This document shows positions 27,601 to 38,799 of a DNA stretch of 64,000 bases, piece by piece. The notes under the pieces were generated by a model. The model made no database searches. It was not told where the DNA came from and worked only from the letters and a program-made list of their open reading frames with translations. Source of the stretch: Chiloscyllium plagiosum (lineage: Eukaryota); contig NC_057746.1 of NCBI RefSeq assembly GCF_004010195.1, positions 9,109,412 through 9,173,411 of the forward strand. Direction: 5' to 3'. A program made the position numbers and the translations under genes. How positions within the stretch are numbered: position 1 is the first letter of the stretch; every line of letters starts with the position of its first letter.

Positions 27601-30600
27601 GAACAGGAGAATCGACGTTTCGGGCATAAGCCCTTCTTCAGGCTTATGCCCGAAACGTCGATTCTCCTGTTCCCTGGATGCTGCCTGACCTGCTGCGCTT
27701 TTCCAGCAACACATTTCCAGCTCTGATCTCCAGCATCTGCAGACCTCCCTTTCTCCCCGTCCATAAATAATCCCCTTGGGTTTCCTTCCCTTGACATTTC
27801 TTACGTCCACCTGTATGACTTCTACACCTTCTGATCCAGAATCATTTATTGCTGTTGTACTTACCCCAGCAGTGTACAAACACTACCTCACCAGTCTTCC
27901 CGTCTTGTTGAAAGGTCCCATGCATCTGAATATTTCATTCCCAGCTTCGATCTCCTTGGAATTATATCAATGTAATGACTATAAAATCTTACTCTGTACC
28001 CGTCGTCTGTGTTTGTGCCATAAGTTTCATTTATTTTGTTGCAAAAACTGCAAGCATTCAAGCAAAAATCCATTAACTTTACCTTTTCCAAAACCATTTT
28101 CCTCCCATGTTACCCTTTTTGCCACTGTTTTTCCATGTCCTTTCCACTCCAGCTATGGTATTCCAAGTAGTTTATTAGGGCCATATTTCGCTTTGTAAGT
28201 TTACATTCCCCCCCTCTCCCCCCCACCATCCGTTGAAAACCCTCTTTACAGCCCTTATTATTTGAGTCACCGGGGCCACAGGTCTCTGGTTAGTTCAGGC
28301 TAAGCCCATCCCATTGAAACAGTTTCCTTATACCCCAGTGTTATGCCACTGCCCCATAAAGTGAAACCCGCTGTACCCTCACCAATCTCTGAGCAACACA
28401 TTTAGCACCTTGACCTTTTTAAACCTACGGTGAAAAGTGCGGGGCTGGAAAAGCACCACAGGTCAGGCAGCATCCGGGCAGCAGGAGAGTTGACATTTTG
28501 GGTATAAGCCCTTCATCAGGAATGTGGTTGGGAAGGGAGGGGGGAAGAAAGGGGGCTCAAAAATAAATAGGAAGGAGAGGGTGGTGGGAAGGTAGCTGGG
28601 AAGGCGATAGGCAGGTGCAGTTGGTGGGGGGAGGGTGATAGTAATATACCCTATGCCAGTTTGCCTGTAAGGGTAGTAGTTCAGAGACTCTTACCTCAGA
28701 GGTTCTGCTTTTCTATTTAACCCCTAACTATTCAAGACCTTTCAGCAGAACTTCCTTTCTGGTCCAACAAATGTCATTGGTACCAATGTGGATGATAATA
28801 CTTGGATCCCTGCCTTAACTCTGCAGTCTGAAGAGATGTGCTGACATTGAGCACAGTCGTTTCGACTCAAGTTCCTCCCTCGCAAACTGAATGCCAAATT
28901 TCACCATGTGATACACCGCTCACCACCCCCAAGCCCAGGCTGGGCAAGTCAGCTTTTGGAACACCTGCTCACCACTGCTTGGAACTTTCCCTATCCCCCT
29001 ACTTATCCCGTCCATTCTCACAACTACAACCCTACTCCTTTCCCCATTTGAATGGCTCCATGTCATAAGGTTGACTCATCCCCACTTACATCGAACAATC
29101 CTGGAGGGATTGGGACCGGCGCTGGCCGGGATTGTGTTGGAATGCTCGAGTCAGGATGCAATGAGGGACTGAATGAGGGATGTGAAATGTGGTTTGTAGG
29201 GAACACTGATAGTGCGTCTGATCAGAAGCACTATGTATCCATGATAATAAAACCTGCTCATACACTGCTGGAGGTGAGAATGGAGGAGGCTGAGATGAGA
29301 GGTTCAGGAATGTAACAGACAAATAAAGACAAAGTCATAGAGGTGTAAAGCATGGACACACATCCTTCAGTCCAACTCATTTGTGCTGACCAGATATCCA
29401 ACATTAATCTAGTCCCAGTTCACAGCATTTGGTCCGTATCCCTCTGAACCTATTCATATACCCATCCAGATGCCTATTAACTGTTGCAATTGTACCAGCC
29501 TCCACCACTTCCTCTGGCAGCTCATTCCATACATGCACCACCCTCTGTCCTTAGGCTCTCTTTAAATCTTTCCTCTCTCACCTTACACCTATACCCTCTA
29601 GTTTTGGACTCCCCTACCTTGAGAAAAAGACCTTGCCTATTTACCCTATCCATGTCCCTCATAGAGTCATAGAGATGTACAGCATGGAAACAGACCCTTC
29701 AGTCCAACCTGTCCATGCCGACCAGATATGCCAACCCAATCTAGTCCCACCTGGCCCATATCCCTCCAAACCGTTCCTGTTCATATACCCATCCAGATGC
29801 CTATCAAATGTTGCAATTGTACCAGCCTCCACCACTTACTGTGGCAGCTCATTCCATACACGTACCACCCTCTGCATGAAAAAGTTGCCCCTTAGGTCAC
29901 CCCTCAGCTTCCGACCCTTCAGGGAAAACAGCCCCAGCCTATTCAGCCTCTCCCTATAGCTCAAATCCCCCAACCCTGGCAAATCCCTTGTGAATGTTTC
30001 TGAAACTTTTCAAATTTCACAACATCCTTCCTATAACAGGGAGGCCAGAATTGTACAGTAGTCCCCCTCGTACCTGTGGGGCGTACATTCCAAGACCCAC
30101 CGTGAACGTCTGAAACCGCGGATAGGTGTGAACCCATTCATTTCAATGGGAAACTTAGTTTCCTGGCAGCCCCCTGGTCCGTGGTTCTGGAATGTTCCCT
30201 GTAAAATGTTCAGGCCGCTGTAAACCGCGGGTAACTAAAACAGTGGAAACTTTCAATTTCAGTTTGACACTTCCAGAGAACAAACCATGTTTACAAACCA
30301 AGTTGGGAATATAAGAAAGGAAATACTCAGGAAGACCAGTACTGAGTAAGTGCTACACCTTTCAAGGGTCACTAGCAACTAGCATGGGAATACTGCACTC
30401 TCAGAGGTACAGTACAGCCGGAACACTGCGTTGTTAGAGAATCAGTACTGTGGGAATGTTAAACAAAACAAAAACCCTGCAGATTCTGGAAATCAGAAAC
30501 AAAAACAGAAATTACTTGAAAAACTCAGCAGATCTGGAAGCATCCTGTGGAGAGGAAGCAGAATTAACGTTTCGGGTCCAGTGATCCTTCTGCAGAACTT

Positions 30601-32519
30601 CCAATGCTGTCAGACCTGCTAGAGTGTCAAAGGGACAACATTGATAAAGTGCGATGCTATCTGAGGCTCAGCACTGAGGGAACACTGCATTGTTGGTGGA
30701 ACAGTATTGTGGGAATGCTACAGTGGCAGAGGGACAGTACTGAGGGAACACTGCATTGTTGGTGGGTCAGTATTGTGGGAGTGCTATAGTGGCAGAGGGA
30801 CAGTACTGAGGGAATAGTGCATTATCAGAGGGCCCATACAGAGTAAGTAACAACACTGTCGGAGGACCAGTACAGTGGGAATTCTGTAGTGGCAGACAGA
30901 CAGTACTGAGAGAAAGTGCACTATCAGAGGGTCAATACTGAGTAATTAGCCACACTGTAGGAGGACCAGGATTGGAGGAATTCTACAGTGGCAGTGGGCC
31001 AGTACTGAGGGAACAGTGCACTATCAGATGGTCAGTTCTGAGGAAATAGCTATACTGTACAAGGGTCAGGACTGTAAGAATGCTGTAATGTTAAGAGGAA
31101 CAGTACTGAATAAGTGCTACACCGTCAAAGCGTCCATACTGCAGGAATGTCAGAGGGACAGTATTAAGTGCGATACTTGAAGGGAGCATGGCACTATTGG
31201 AAGTGTGGCCTTTCACATTAGATGTTAAACCAAGGTCCCTTCTGCCACTCTTGTGGTTTTCAAAGGACTCTGGCGTTCCATTTCAAAGAAGAGCAACATC
31301 TTTGGGAATGATATTGATCTCTGAAGTCGCACCAGCAACGTGGATTATCTGATTAATGTAAAACAGCAGGATCTTGTTTGTAAACTGATTAGGTAAAAAC
31401 AATGACTGCAGATGCTGGAAACCAGATTCTGGATCAGTGGTGCTGGAAGTTGCCTGTCACGCTCATTTTGCACCAGGAACTGTATTTCAAAAGCCACTTG
31501 CTGGACTGCAAAGCGCAGTGGATCAGGTGTGTTAAAATACACCCATCCTCAGCATTTTCCACAGGCCTATCACAGCCTCACTCACACACTCTCAAACATC
31601 TATCTGCACTCAGCTTTCTGATGGCCTTTATAGTACCTGAACTCTCCTTTCTCAGTAGAATCTTTCTGCTCCCTTACTGTTTCATTGATTGCTCTCATTG
31701 TCTCAGGCACTTTTCACTGCCACTTGCTTCAACTTTAGACTGGGCCTCGCCCCAAGGGTAGACTTTGCTCTCCAAGTGGAATTCTCGTCCTTTAATAGAA
31801 TTACTTCAATCTTATACTCCTCAAGACTTCTCCCCATGCTAAATTGCCCATAATGGTCAGGGATGTGTAGGTTAGATGCATTAGTCAGGGGAAATGTAGA
31901 GTATATGGGGTAGGGGAATGGGTTTGGGTGGGCTACTCTTCGGAGGGTCGGTGTGGACTTGTTGGACTGAATGGCCTATTTCCGACCCTGTTGTCATATT
32001 CAAAACAAATTGAAAGATGGGTCAGGAAAGATTGCAAACGTTCAGAAATTCTCCCACAGCGATCCAATCGATGAGAAAACTAACATTCTGGATTCGTGGT
32101 GCTGGAAGAGGAAAGCAGTTCAGACAGCATCCGAGATTTTACTGCTCCTCGGATGCTGACTGAACTGCTATGCTCTTCCAGCACCATTAATCCAGAATCT
32201 GGTTTCCAGCATCTGAAGTCATTGTTTATACATACATCTCCTGGTATCTCTGACCTTCTCCACCCTGCTGTCAGGAGACCTGGACACAAATCCCATCAGA
32301 GTCTCCCAGACTGTGCTGCCTTCAATGTGTAAAAGATCAGGCTGGCTGTATAACAGGCGGCTGGTCAAACATCCCCCATTTCAAACTCTCCCCAAGAGAT
32401 TCACATTCACCCCAGACACAGAGAGAGAGAGAGAGAGAGAGAATGGAAAGCTGAATTCTGTACTTACCGGGAGAGACCCAGGAAAAACACAAAGAGATGG
32501 AGAGAAGGATCAGCAACAT
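6410..32519 (-). CDS. MHC class I heavy chain gene 1, probably shark nonclassical UDA-like. Join of 32519-32468, 23910-23647, 15834-15559, 13069-12803, 11086-10946, 8230-8204, 6612-6410; ~409 aa
   Basis: Leader/alpha1/alpha2/alpha3/TM/tail exons, all with GT-AG phase-1 junctions; summed length 1230 nt is in frame and ends in TAG. Motifs SHSLRYYYT, YWEQET, C101-C164, C1-set CLVTGFYP...CHIEHSSL. Confidence 0.93.
7130..7363 (-). mobile_element. HE1-type SINE
   Basis: Same consensus. Confidence 0.8.
8204..8230 (-). CDS. Class I gene 1 cytoplasmic mini-exon (GSEFSGTST)
   Basis: 27 nt; strong acceptor ttttttatttcag and donor gtgagt; phase 1-1. Confidence 0.75.
8668..10500. repeat. 33-bp minisatellite CACTGTCAGAGGGTCAGTACTGAGGGAGTGCCG, about 55 copies
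   Basis: Direct tandem periodicity; 11-aa repeats in the ORF track. Confidence 0.97.
10946..11086 (-). CDS. Class I gene 1 exon 5, transmembrane segment and proximal tail
   Basis: tctttcag|AGAAAG ... CATG|gtgaga; GMIGAIFALVLLIFCIAAGIYY followed by basic RKHK. Confidence 0.88.
12412..12668. repeat. 127-bp tandem duplication
   Basis: Near-identical copies start at 12412 and 12539. Confidence 0.9.
12803..13069 (-). CDS. Class I gene 1 exon 4, alpha3 Ig C1-set domain
   Basis: 267 nt; cacacag|TTGTC ... TGGG|gtaaga; LHCLVTGFYPRSINVTW...PNHDGTYQ...CHIEHSSL. Confidence 0.96.
13490..15320. repeat. 33-bp minisatellite TGCCCTGCGTACTGTGCTGTGTACAGTGCCCCG, about 55 copies
   Basis: Direct tandem periodicity. 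Confidence 0.97.
15559..15834 (-). CDS. Class I gene 1 exon 3, alpha2 domain
   Basis: 276 nt; tatttag|GTTTG ... AAAG|gtaggt; LQYTSGCE...STQDKWN...QYTKRICVDWLNTY. Confidence 0.96.
15950..16290 (-). mobile_element. HE1-type SINE; an opposite-strand partial copy lies at about 16420-16600
   Basis: Same consensus. Confidence 0.8.
16690..18470 (-). mobile_element. CR1 (HER1-like) LINE fragment
   Basis: PGPDGIYPRILKEAREEIA and KIFYRY motifs; decayed. Confidence 0.8.
18480..18796 (-). mobile_element. HE1-type SINE
   Basis: Same consensus. Confidence 0.85.
19629..19656 (+). ncRNA. Minimal hammerhead ribozyme motif, family A
   Basis: CTGATGA-A-GGGC TTTT GCCC-GAAA-CGTC. Confidence 0.62.
19725..20990 (+). 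mobile_element. Rex1/Babar-type LINE reverse transcriptase fragment
   Basis: DYSSAF, LCNWILHFLTHRPQSVRVG, APQG, LYTHDC motifs, with frameshifts and stops. Confidence 0.8.
21555..23640. repeat. 55-bp minisatellite, about 33 good copies, decaying toward the alpha1 donor
   Basis: Unit ACATATTCCCCATTACAGACCACCCTGAGGACCTGGGTCACACACTAACAGGGGT. Confidence 0.95.
23647..23910 (-). CDS. Class I gene 1 exon 2, alpha1 domain
   Basis: 264 nt; tttgacag|AATCACAC ... CAAG|gttagt; ESHSLRYYYT...DQYWEQETQ...AQRRTNSS with the N86 glycan site. Confidence 0.96.
24664..24802. mobile_element. Mini-insertion from a Penelope-like tail, 14-bp TSD CCTTTGACATAGAC
   Basis: TSD at 24650-24663 and 24803-24816; partial inverted arms. 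Confidence 0.8.
25601..25828. mobile_element. Palindromic mini-insertion from a Penelope-like tail, 13-bp TSD CTTCTTAAATAGA
   Basis: TSD at 25588-25600 and 25829-25841; two diverged inverted arms. Confidence 0.8.
26457..27108. mobile_element. Non-autonomous Tc1/mariner (pogo/Tigger-like) DNA transposon with a nested SINE
   Basis: TIRs CCATATATACTCGAGTAA / TTACTCGAGTATATATGA flanked by TA. Confidence 0.7.
26690..26980 (-). mobile_element. HE1-type SINE
   Basis: Same consensus. Confidence 0.8.
27552..27758. mobile_element. Palindromic mini-insertion from a Penelope-like tail, 14-bp TSD GTCCATAAATAATC
   Basis: 81-bp perfect inverted arms (27552-27632 / 27641-27721); TSD at 27538-27551 and 27759-27772. 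Confidence 0.85.
27614..27641 (-). ncRNA. Minimal hammerhead ribozyme motif, family A
   Basis: On -: CTGAAGA-A-GGGC TTAT GCCC-GAAA-CGTC. Confidence 0.6.
30330..31170. repeat. Degenerate array of the same 33-bp family
   Basis: Recurring CAGTACTGAGGGAA / GCACTATCAGAGGG. Confidence 0.7.
32468..32519 (-). CDS. Class I gene 1 exon 1, signal peptide MLLILLSISLCFSWVSP
   Basis: ATG at 32519, hydrophobic leader, donor CCG|GTAAGT in phase 1, SXY module and TATA upstream. Confidence 0.88.
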
Positions 32520-32594
32520 TCTGGGAATCCACTCTCCCAATTCCCATCAGGGACTGGGGATAAAACACTCCGAGAGCGAACAAATCAATTGTTG

Positions 32595-32600
32595 TTTATA
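32595..32600 (-). promoter_or_regulatory. TATA box of class I gene 1
   Basis: TATAAA on -, between the Y box and the ATG. Confidence 0.5.
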
Positions 32601-32700
32601 AACTGGAAAACAAAAACCAAGTTTGCCGAAACACCCTTTTCGGTTGAACTTCGACCATTTCCTGGTTGCAATCAGGAACTGGTTAGACTCCGAAAACCAT

Positions 32701-32764
32701 CCAATTACAGGGAGGAGCAGTGACTCGTCACCAGTTACCGGGAAGATAGATCTCAGGCAGGTTA
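32701..32764 (-). promoter_or_regulatory. SXY module (S/W, X1, X2, Y boxes) of class I gene 1
   Basis: On -: TAACCT-N16-CCCGGTAACTGG-TGACG-N20-ATTGG, about 180 bp upstream of the ATG; order and spacing match MHC SXY promoters. Confidence 0.82.
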
Positions 32765-33334
32765 CAATTCAGACTCTGAAACTCTAACAGCATTTGGAAA
32801 GCCTCCTTCAGGCGGTGATAAACGCATCAAGTCTCTTGAAGTGAATTTGACAAAGTACCAAGCCACATTTTTTCTCATTGTCCACCCTCCGTGTTGCTGA
32901 GGGGTAGCCACAGGATGAACAGGGTCCCTGGTTACTCCCGGGGAAAAGGCTGCAGTGCTCTGACATTGCCTTCTGCAGGATGTCCTCACTGTGAAGGGTT
33001 CCCCTCTCTCACAGACTGCCATCAGGCGGATTGGGAAGGTTGATGGGCTGAGAAACAACCAGTTTGGGCAGGTTACGAGAGTGGGATCAACAAAAGGTGA
33101 AATTGCTGGAGAAACTCGGCAGGTCTGGCAGAGAAATCAGAATCCAGTGACCCTTTTTCAGAACTTGGTGAAAACGAACTGATTAAAGATTGATGGGAAG
33201 GTGTGAGCAGGGAGTGGGTCCGCGCCCAGTGAACTGAAGGTACAGCCCTCAGTGTACAGTGGGCTGATGGTAATGTGGGATCATTGAGATGCCAGAATGA
33301 AATGGGGGGCAGGTACCTCAGAGGGGCCCAGAGG

Positions 33335-33577
33335 AGATTAGATTAGATTACTTTACAGTGTGGAAACAGGCCCTTCGGCCCAACAAGTCCACACCGACGA
33401 GCAACCCACCCAGACCCATTCCCCTACATTTACCCCTTCACCTAACACTACAGGCAATTTAGCATGGCCAATTCACCTAACCTGCACATCTTTGGACTGT
33501 GGGAGGAAACCGGAGCACCCGGAGGAAACCCACGCCGACACGGGGAGAACGTGCAAAATCCACACAGAGAGTCGCCA
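33335..33577 (-). mobile_element. HE1-type SINE, 5'-truncated
   Basis: Same core with (AATCT)n tail. Confidence 0.8.
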
Positions 33578-33724
33578 GAAACTACCAAAAGTAAAGGCAT
33601 GGAAAGATTTGAACACCGGGTGAGAAGGTTACAATCCAGATTTTGTTTCCTGGGAACGAATGGGGGGGAGGGAGGAGCCGAATTTAGCAACCTGGGTTGA
33701 ATTCAGAGAATCCTGGACAGACGG

Positions 33725-34188
33725 GCTAATGGAGTGGGTCATGTACAGGGAGCCCAGTGTGGGGGTTAATGGGGTGGGTCATGTACAGAGAGTCCAGAGT
33801 GGGGGTTAATGGAGTGGATCATGTACAGGGAGCCCAGTGTGGGGGTTAATGGGGTGGGTCATGTACAGAGAGTCCAGAGTGGGGGTTAATGGAGTGGATC
33901 ATGTACAGGGAGCCCAGTGTGGGGGTTAATGGGGTGGGTCATGTACAGAGAGTCCAGAGTGGGGGTTAATGGAGTGGATCATGTACAGGGAGCCCAGTGT
34001 GGGGGTTAATGGGGTGGGTCATGTACAGAGAGTCCAGAGTGGGGGTTAATGGAGTGGATCATGTACAGGGAGCCCAGTGTGGGGGTTAATGGGGTGGGTC
34101 ATGTACAGAGAGTCCAGAGTGGGGGTTAATGGAGTGGATCATGTACAGGGAGCCCAGTGTGGGGGTTAATGGGGTGGGTCATGTACAG
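33725..34188. repeat. 40-bp G-rich minisatellite with 80-bp dimer structure, running into the gap
   Basis: Two alternating 40-mers. Confidence 0.95.
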
Positions 34189-35129
34189 NNNNNNNNNNNN
34201 NNNNNNNNNNNNNNNNNNNNNNNNNNNNNNNNNNNNNNNNNNNNNNNNNNNNNNNNNNNNNNNNNNNNNNNNNNNNNNNNNNNNNNNNNNNNNNNNNNNN
34301 NNNNNNNNNNNNNNNNNNNNNNNNNNNNNNNNNNNNNNNNNNNNNNNNNNNNNNNNNNNNNNNNNNNNNNNNNNNNNNNNNNNNNNNNNNNNNNNNNNNN
34401 NNNNNNNNNNNNNNNNNNNNNNNNNNNNNNNNNNNNNNNNNNNNNNNNNNNNNNNNNNNNNNNNNNNNNNNNNNNNNNNNNNNNNNNNNNNNNNNNNNNN
34501 NNNNNNNNNNNNNNNNNNNNNNNNNNNNNNNNNNNNNNNNNNNNNNNNNNNNNNNNNNNNNNNNNNNNNNNNNNNNNNNNNNNNNNNNNNNNNNNNNNNN
34601 NNNNNNNNNNNNNNNNNNNNNNNNNNNNNNNNNNNNNNNNNNNNNNNNNNNNNNNNNNNNNNNNNNNNNNNNNNNNNNNNNNNNNNNNNNNNNNNNNNNN
34701 NNNNNNNNNNNNNNNNNNNNNNNNNNNNNNNNNNNNNNNNNNNNNNNNNNNNNNNNNNNNNNNNNNNNNNNNNNNNNNNNNNNNNNNNNNNNNNNNNNNN
34801 NNNNNNNNNNNNNNNNNNNNNNNNNNNNNNNNNNNNNNNNNNNNNNNNNNNNNNNNNNNNNNNNNNNNNNNNNNNNNNNNNNNNNNNNNNNNNNNNNNNN
34901 NNNNNNNNNNNNNNNNNNNNNNNNNNNNNNNNNNNNNNNNNNNNNNNNNNNNNNNNNNNNNNNNNNNNNNNNNNNNNNNNNNNNNNNNNNNNNNNNNNNN
35001 NNNNNNNNNNNNNNNNNNNNNNNNNNNNNNNNNNNNNNNNNNNNNNNNNNNNNNNNNNNNNNNNNNNNNNNNNNNNNNNNNNNNNNNNNNNNNNNNNNNN
35101 NNNNNNNNNNNNNNNNNNNNNNNNNNNNN
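34189..35129. other. Assembly gap
   Basis: Run of N. Confidence 1.
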
Positions 35130-35245
35130 TCAGTGTGACTCCCTCCCCTCACTCTCCCCCTGTCAGTGTGACTCCCTCCCCTCACCCTCCCCCTGTCAGT
35201 GTGATTTCCTCCCCTCACTCTCCCCCTGTCAGTGTGACTTCCTCC
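35130..35245. repeat. 33-bp C-rich minisatellite emerging from the gap
   Basis: CAGTGTGACTCCCTCCCCTCACTCTCCCCCTGT, about 3.5 copies. Confidence 0.85.
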
Positions 35246-35803
35246 TGTGGGAAATAAGAAATGTAGTTTTCTGCACGCGATATAGAAAGGTAGTTGTAAG
35301 TGTTCGTGGAGTGTAATTTCTGTAGATGGGGGAGGGGTGAGACATTATACAAACGGTCATGGAATTCTTGTAGCGTGTAATATACTTATGGCTAACACTT
35401 TAATGAATATAGGGGTTCTTTTAAAGAAGGAGTTTTAAAGAAAATAGTTTGAAGCTTGGAAATAACTATGGAGTGTTGTAGCCGACCACAAAAGAAGAAC
35501 TAAGGGCATTTTCACAATAAAGCTTATAGTAACAAGACAAAGAATGCAGACATCCAGAAACAGCTTGGTACAGAGATAAGGGAATTGAAAAACAAGTGAG
35601 GTAACCGACTTGTGATGGGACCAATGAGCAAAGGGAGGCGTCAGCCTGCAACACACAAACTGTATAAAAATGATTGTATAACTGATATCTTGGCACTCGT
35701 CGCCAGGCTAGCGGGGTGCCCGGACTTGCAAGTTTGTAATAAATTGTCCTTGTTTCCATGGCTTTGTCTCCGGCTGATTTATAAGTGAGTTTTGTTTCTA
35801 ACA
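35246..35803 (+). mobile_element. Solo LTR, related to the 179-555 LTR
   Basis: TGTGGG...GTTTCTAACA; CCAAT, TATAAAA and AATAAA in order; no matching TSD. Confidence 0.65.
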
Positions 35804-35804
35804 C

Positions 35805-36275
35805 CTAGAAGGCTACAGTTATACTGCAGAACACCGGGTGTGGGACAGCTAGCAGGCTATAGTTATACTGCAGAACACCGGGTGTGGGACAGCTAGCAGG
35901 CGCAGGCTATAGTTATACTGCAGAACACCGGGTGTGGGACAGCTAGCAGGCTGTAGTTATACTGCGGAACACCGAGTATGAGACAGCTAGCAGGCTGTAG
36001 TTATACTGCAGAACACCGAGTGTGAGACAGCTAGCAGGCCATAGTTATACTGCAGAACACCGAGTGTGAGACCGCTAGCAGACCCATAGTTATACTGCAG
36101 AACACCGAGTGTGAGACAGCTAGCAGGCCCATAGTTATACTGCAGAACACCGAGTGTGAGACAGCTAGCAGGCTATAGTTATACTTCAGAACACCAAGTG
36201 TGAGACCGCTAGCAGGCCACAGCTATACCGCTGAATACCGAGTGTGGGACAGCTAGCAGGCCATAGTTATACTAT
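35805..36275. repeat. 44-bp minisatellite, about 10 copies
   Basis: GGCTATAGTTATACTGCAGAACACCGGGTGTGGGACAGCTAGCA. Confidence 0.95.
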
Positions 36276-36374
36276 GGCCTGCTAGCTGATGCCCTCCACC
36301 GCATCTCTTCCACTTCCCGATCCTCCGCCCTTGAACCCCGCCCCTCCAACCGCCACCAGGACAGAACCCCACTG

Positions 36375-37470
36375 CTGACACTGTCCCACCCTCCCAGACA
36401 CTGTTAAACCCTGTCAGACTAATTCCCCTCCCCTCCTGACCCTGTCCCACCCTCCCAGTCACTGTTAAACTCTGTCAGAATAATACCCCTCCCCTCCTGA
36501 CACTGTCCCACCCTCCCAGACACTGTTAAACCCTGTCAGACTAATTCCCCTCCCCTCCTGACCCTGTCCCACCCTCCCAGTCACTGTTAAACTCTGTCAG
36601 AATAATACCCCTCCCCTCCTGACACTGTCCCACCCTCCCAGACACTGTTAAACCCTGTCAGACTAATTCCCCTCCCCTCCTGACCCTGTCCCACCCTCCC
36701 AGTCACTGTTAAACTCTGTCAGAATAATACCCCTCCCCTCCTGACACTGTCCCACCCTCCCAGACACTGTTAAACCCTGTCAGACTAATTCCCCTCCCCT
36801 CCTGACCCTGTCCCACCCTCCCAGTCACTGTTAAACTCTGTCAGAATAATACCCCTCCCCTCCTGACACTGTCCCACCCTCCCAGACACTGTTGAACCCT
36901 GTCAGACTAATTCCCCTCCCCTCCTGACCCTGTCCCACCCTCCCAGTCACTGTTAAACTCTGTCAGAATAATACCCCTCCCCTCCTGACACTGTCCCACC
37001 CTCCCAGACACTGTTGAACCCTGTCAGACTAATTCCCCTCCCCTCCTGACCCTGTCCCACCCTCCCAGTCACTGTTAAACTCTGTCAGAATAATACCCCT
37101 CCCCTCCTGACACTGTCCCACCCTCCCAGACACTGTTGAACCCTGTCAGACTAATTCCCCTCCCCTCCTGACCCTGTCCCACCCTCCCAGTCACTGTTAA
37201 ACTCTGTCAGAATAATACCCCTCCCCTCCTGACACTGTCCCACCCTCCCAGACATTGTTAAACCCTGTCAGACTAATTCCCCTCCCTTCCTCTCCCTGTC
37301 CCACCCTCCCAAACACTGTTAAACCGTGTCAGACTAATTCCCCTCTGCTCCTGACCCTGTCCCACCCTCCCAGACACTGTTAAACCCTGTCAGACTCATT
37401 CCCCTCCCCTCCTGACCCTGTCCCACCCTCCCAGTCACTGTTAAACCCTGTCAGATTAATTCCCCTCCGC
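36375..37470. repeat. ~61-bp minisatellite with a 122-bp higher-order dimer
   Basis: Alternating near-identical units. Confidence 0.95.
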
Positions 37471-37843
37471 ACCCTGAAGAGATTGCCTTGTGTCTGTCAT
37501 TTCTGACCTTGTGGGTGTCCTGGGCTCCACTGCAGGATATTCCAGGAGCCTGATTGCGGAATAATGGGATTGTCCTGTTCCAGTGTAAACATGGGCACCA
37601 TCGTCCATCCTTCCATATCACAGCAGACACACAGTTCATACCCAGTTCTTTCAGATTGAGATCAATTTTTTCCTGGAATTCTGTTTCCACAGATTGGACA
37701 GTGGATCTCGGATCTGCAGGTTTGGATCCTGATCCTTTAAGTTTAACAAACAATCAAGGACTTTTTCAATATATAATTTCAGTTAAATCACATTGTAAGC
37801 TTTTTCTATAAATTCCGCATCTTGCAATCTTATTCTCCACAAC

Positions 37844-37878
37844 CACCTGATGAAGGAGCAGCGCTCCGAAAGCTAGTG
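37844..37878 (+). ncRNA. Minimal hammerhead ribozyme motif, family B
   Basis: CAC-CTGATGA-A-GGAGC AGC GCTCC-GAAA-GCTA-GTG; stem I CAC/GTG. Confidence 0.68.
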
Positions 37879-38052
37879 CTTCCAAATAAACCTGTTGGAC
37901 TATAACCTGGTGTTGTGTGATTTTTAACTTTAAGTGAGACCTTCTCAAGTCATGTTTCCATCCCGTCTCAGAAATGTGAGCAGTGTCACCGTCAGAGGGA
38001 TCTTCATGGATGGTTCCCCCCTCACACTTTCTCATCCTCACTGTCTTCAGTG

Positions 38053-38799
38053 TGTGAGAAACAAAGCCCACACACATCAATAATTGCAGTCCGAGACAAA
38101 ATCTGAATCAGTAGTGTCCTTTATTTTTACACTTGCAAGTGGGTGTGATGTCCAGTGCCAAGCAAGGCAGAGGACATACATACCAAATTCAACAAACTCT
38201 CGACATTTATATAATTTGGTTCTTACATTTTTTTTCTTATTTCATTGTTTCTCCCCTGTTTACACCCTCCACTTCCCTAAGACTGGTCCCACCACTCCTG
38301 CTTATCTCTTGCCTTATCCGGCCTTGTCTGTGACAAAATGCTTTTTTCTGGCCTCACAAGGCCGTTTGACCTCATCCCACTGCAGGTCATTGTTAGGCAT
38401 ATTCTTTCTTCATCAGTATCTACTCTTTCCATCTAGGTTTCTCCCGAAGCCACTCTGATCCCTATGACCTCTTTAATTAGGGTTTGTTCCTGTGTCTCTG
38501 TAAAAGTGGGAAACAGATGTTTGTACAGGCGTATCTGGCCTAACTTCATCCTCTCACAACATCTTATCTATTTGCCCATAATATCTACCATTGTTTTGCA
38601 ATCACGTTTCACGCTGGCATACAATTTTAGCTAATACAAAAACAATTATATATTTCCTCCACATAGTTTCCATTCTTGTTGACTCAGCTCCCGGCAGAAA
38701 CAACCACACACTGGTGTGAGTTCATTTACTTTGTATCAGAAATTATAATTGCAGAATTACAGAACTGCAGAAGAAACATTAATTTACCTATATCCCACA
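38053..38799 (-). mobile_element. Solo LTR with 4-bp TSD AGTG
   Basis: TGTGGGATAT...GTTTCTCACA termini shared with the 179-555 LTR; shared block CAGTCCGAGAC; AGTG on both sides. Confidence 0.75.

Larger units (their letters stand above)
23960..28200 (-). mobile_element. Fragmented CR1 LINE hosting several nested insertions
   Basis: KLYKALVRSQLEYC (RT end); MGNFN, SALLDLVL and SDHHLV (APE endonuclease). Confidence 0.78.

Noticed and set aside
32520-32540. N-terminal extension MGEWIPR from the ORF track
   Set aside because: It starts at TTG; the ATG at 32519 gives a normal signal peptide.
34129-35316. ORFs spanning N runs (also 51928-52754)
   Set aside because: Gap artefacts.
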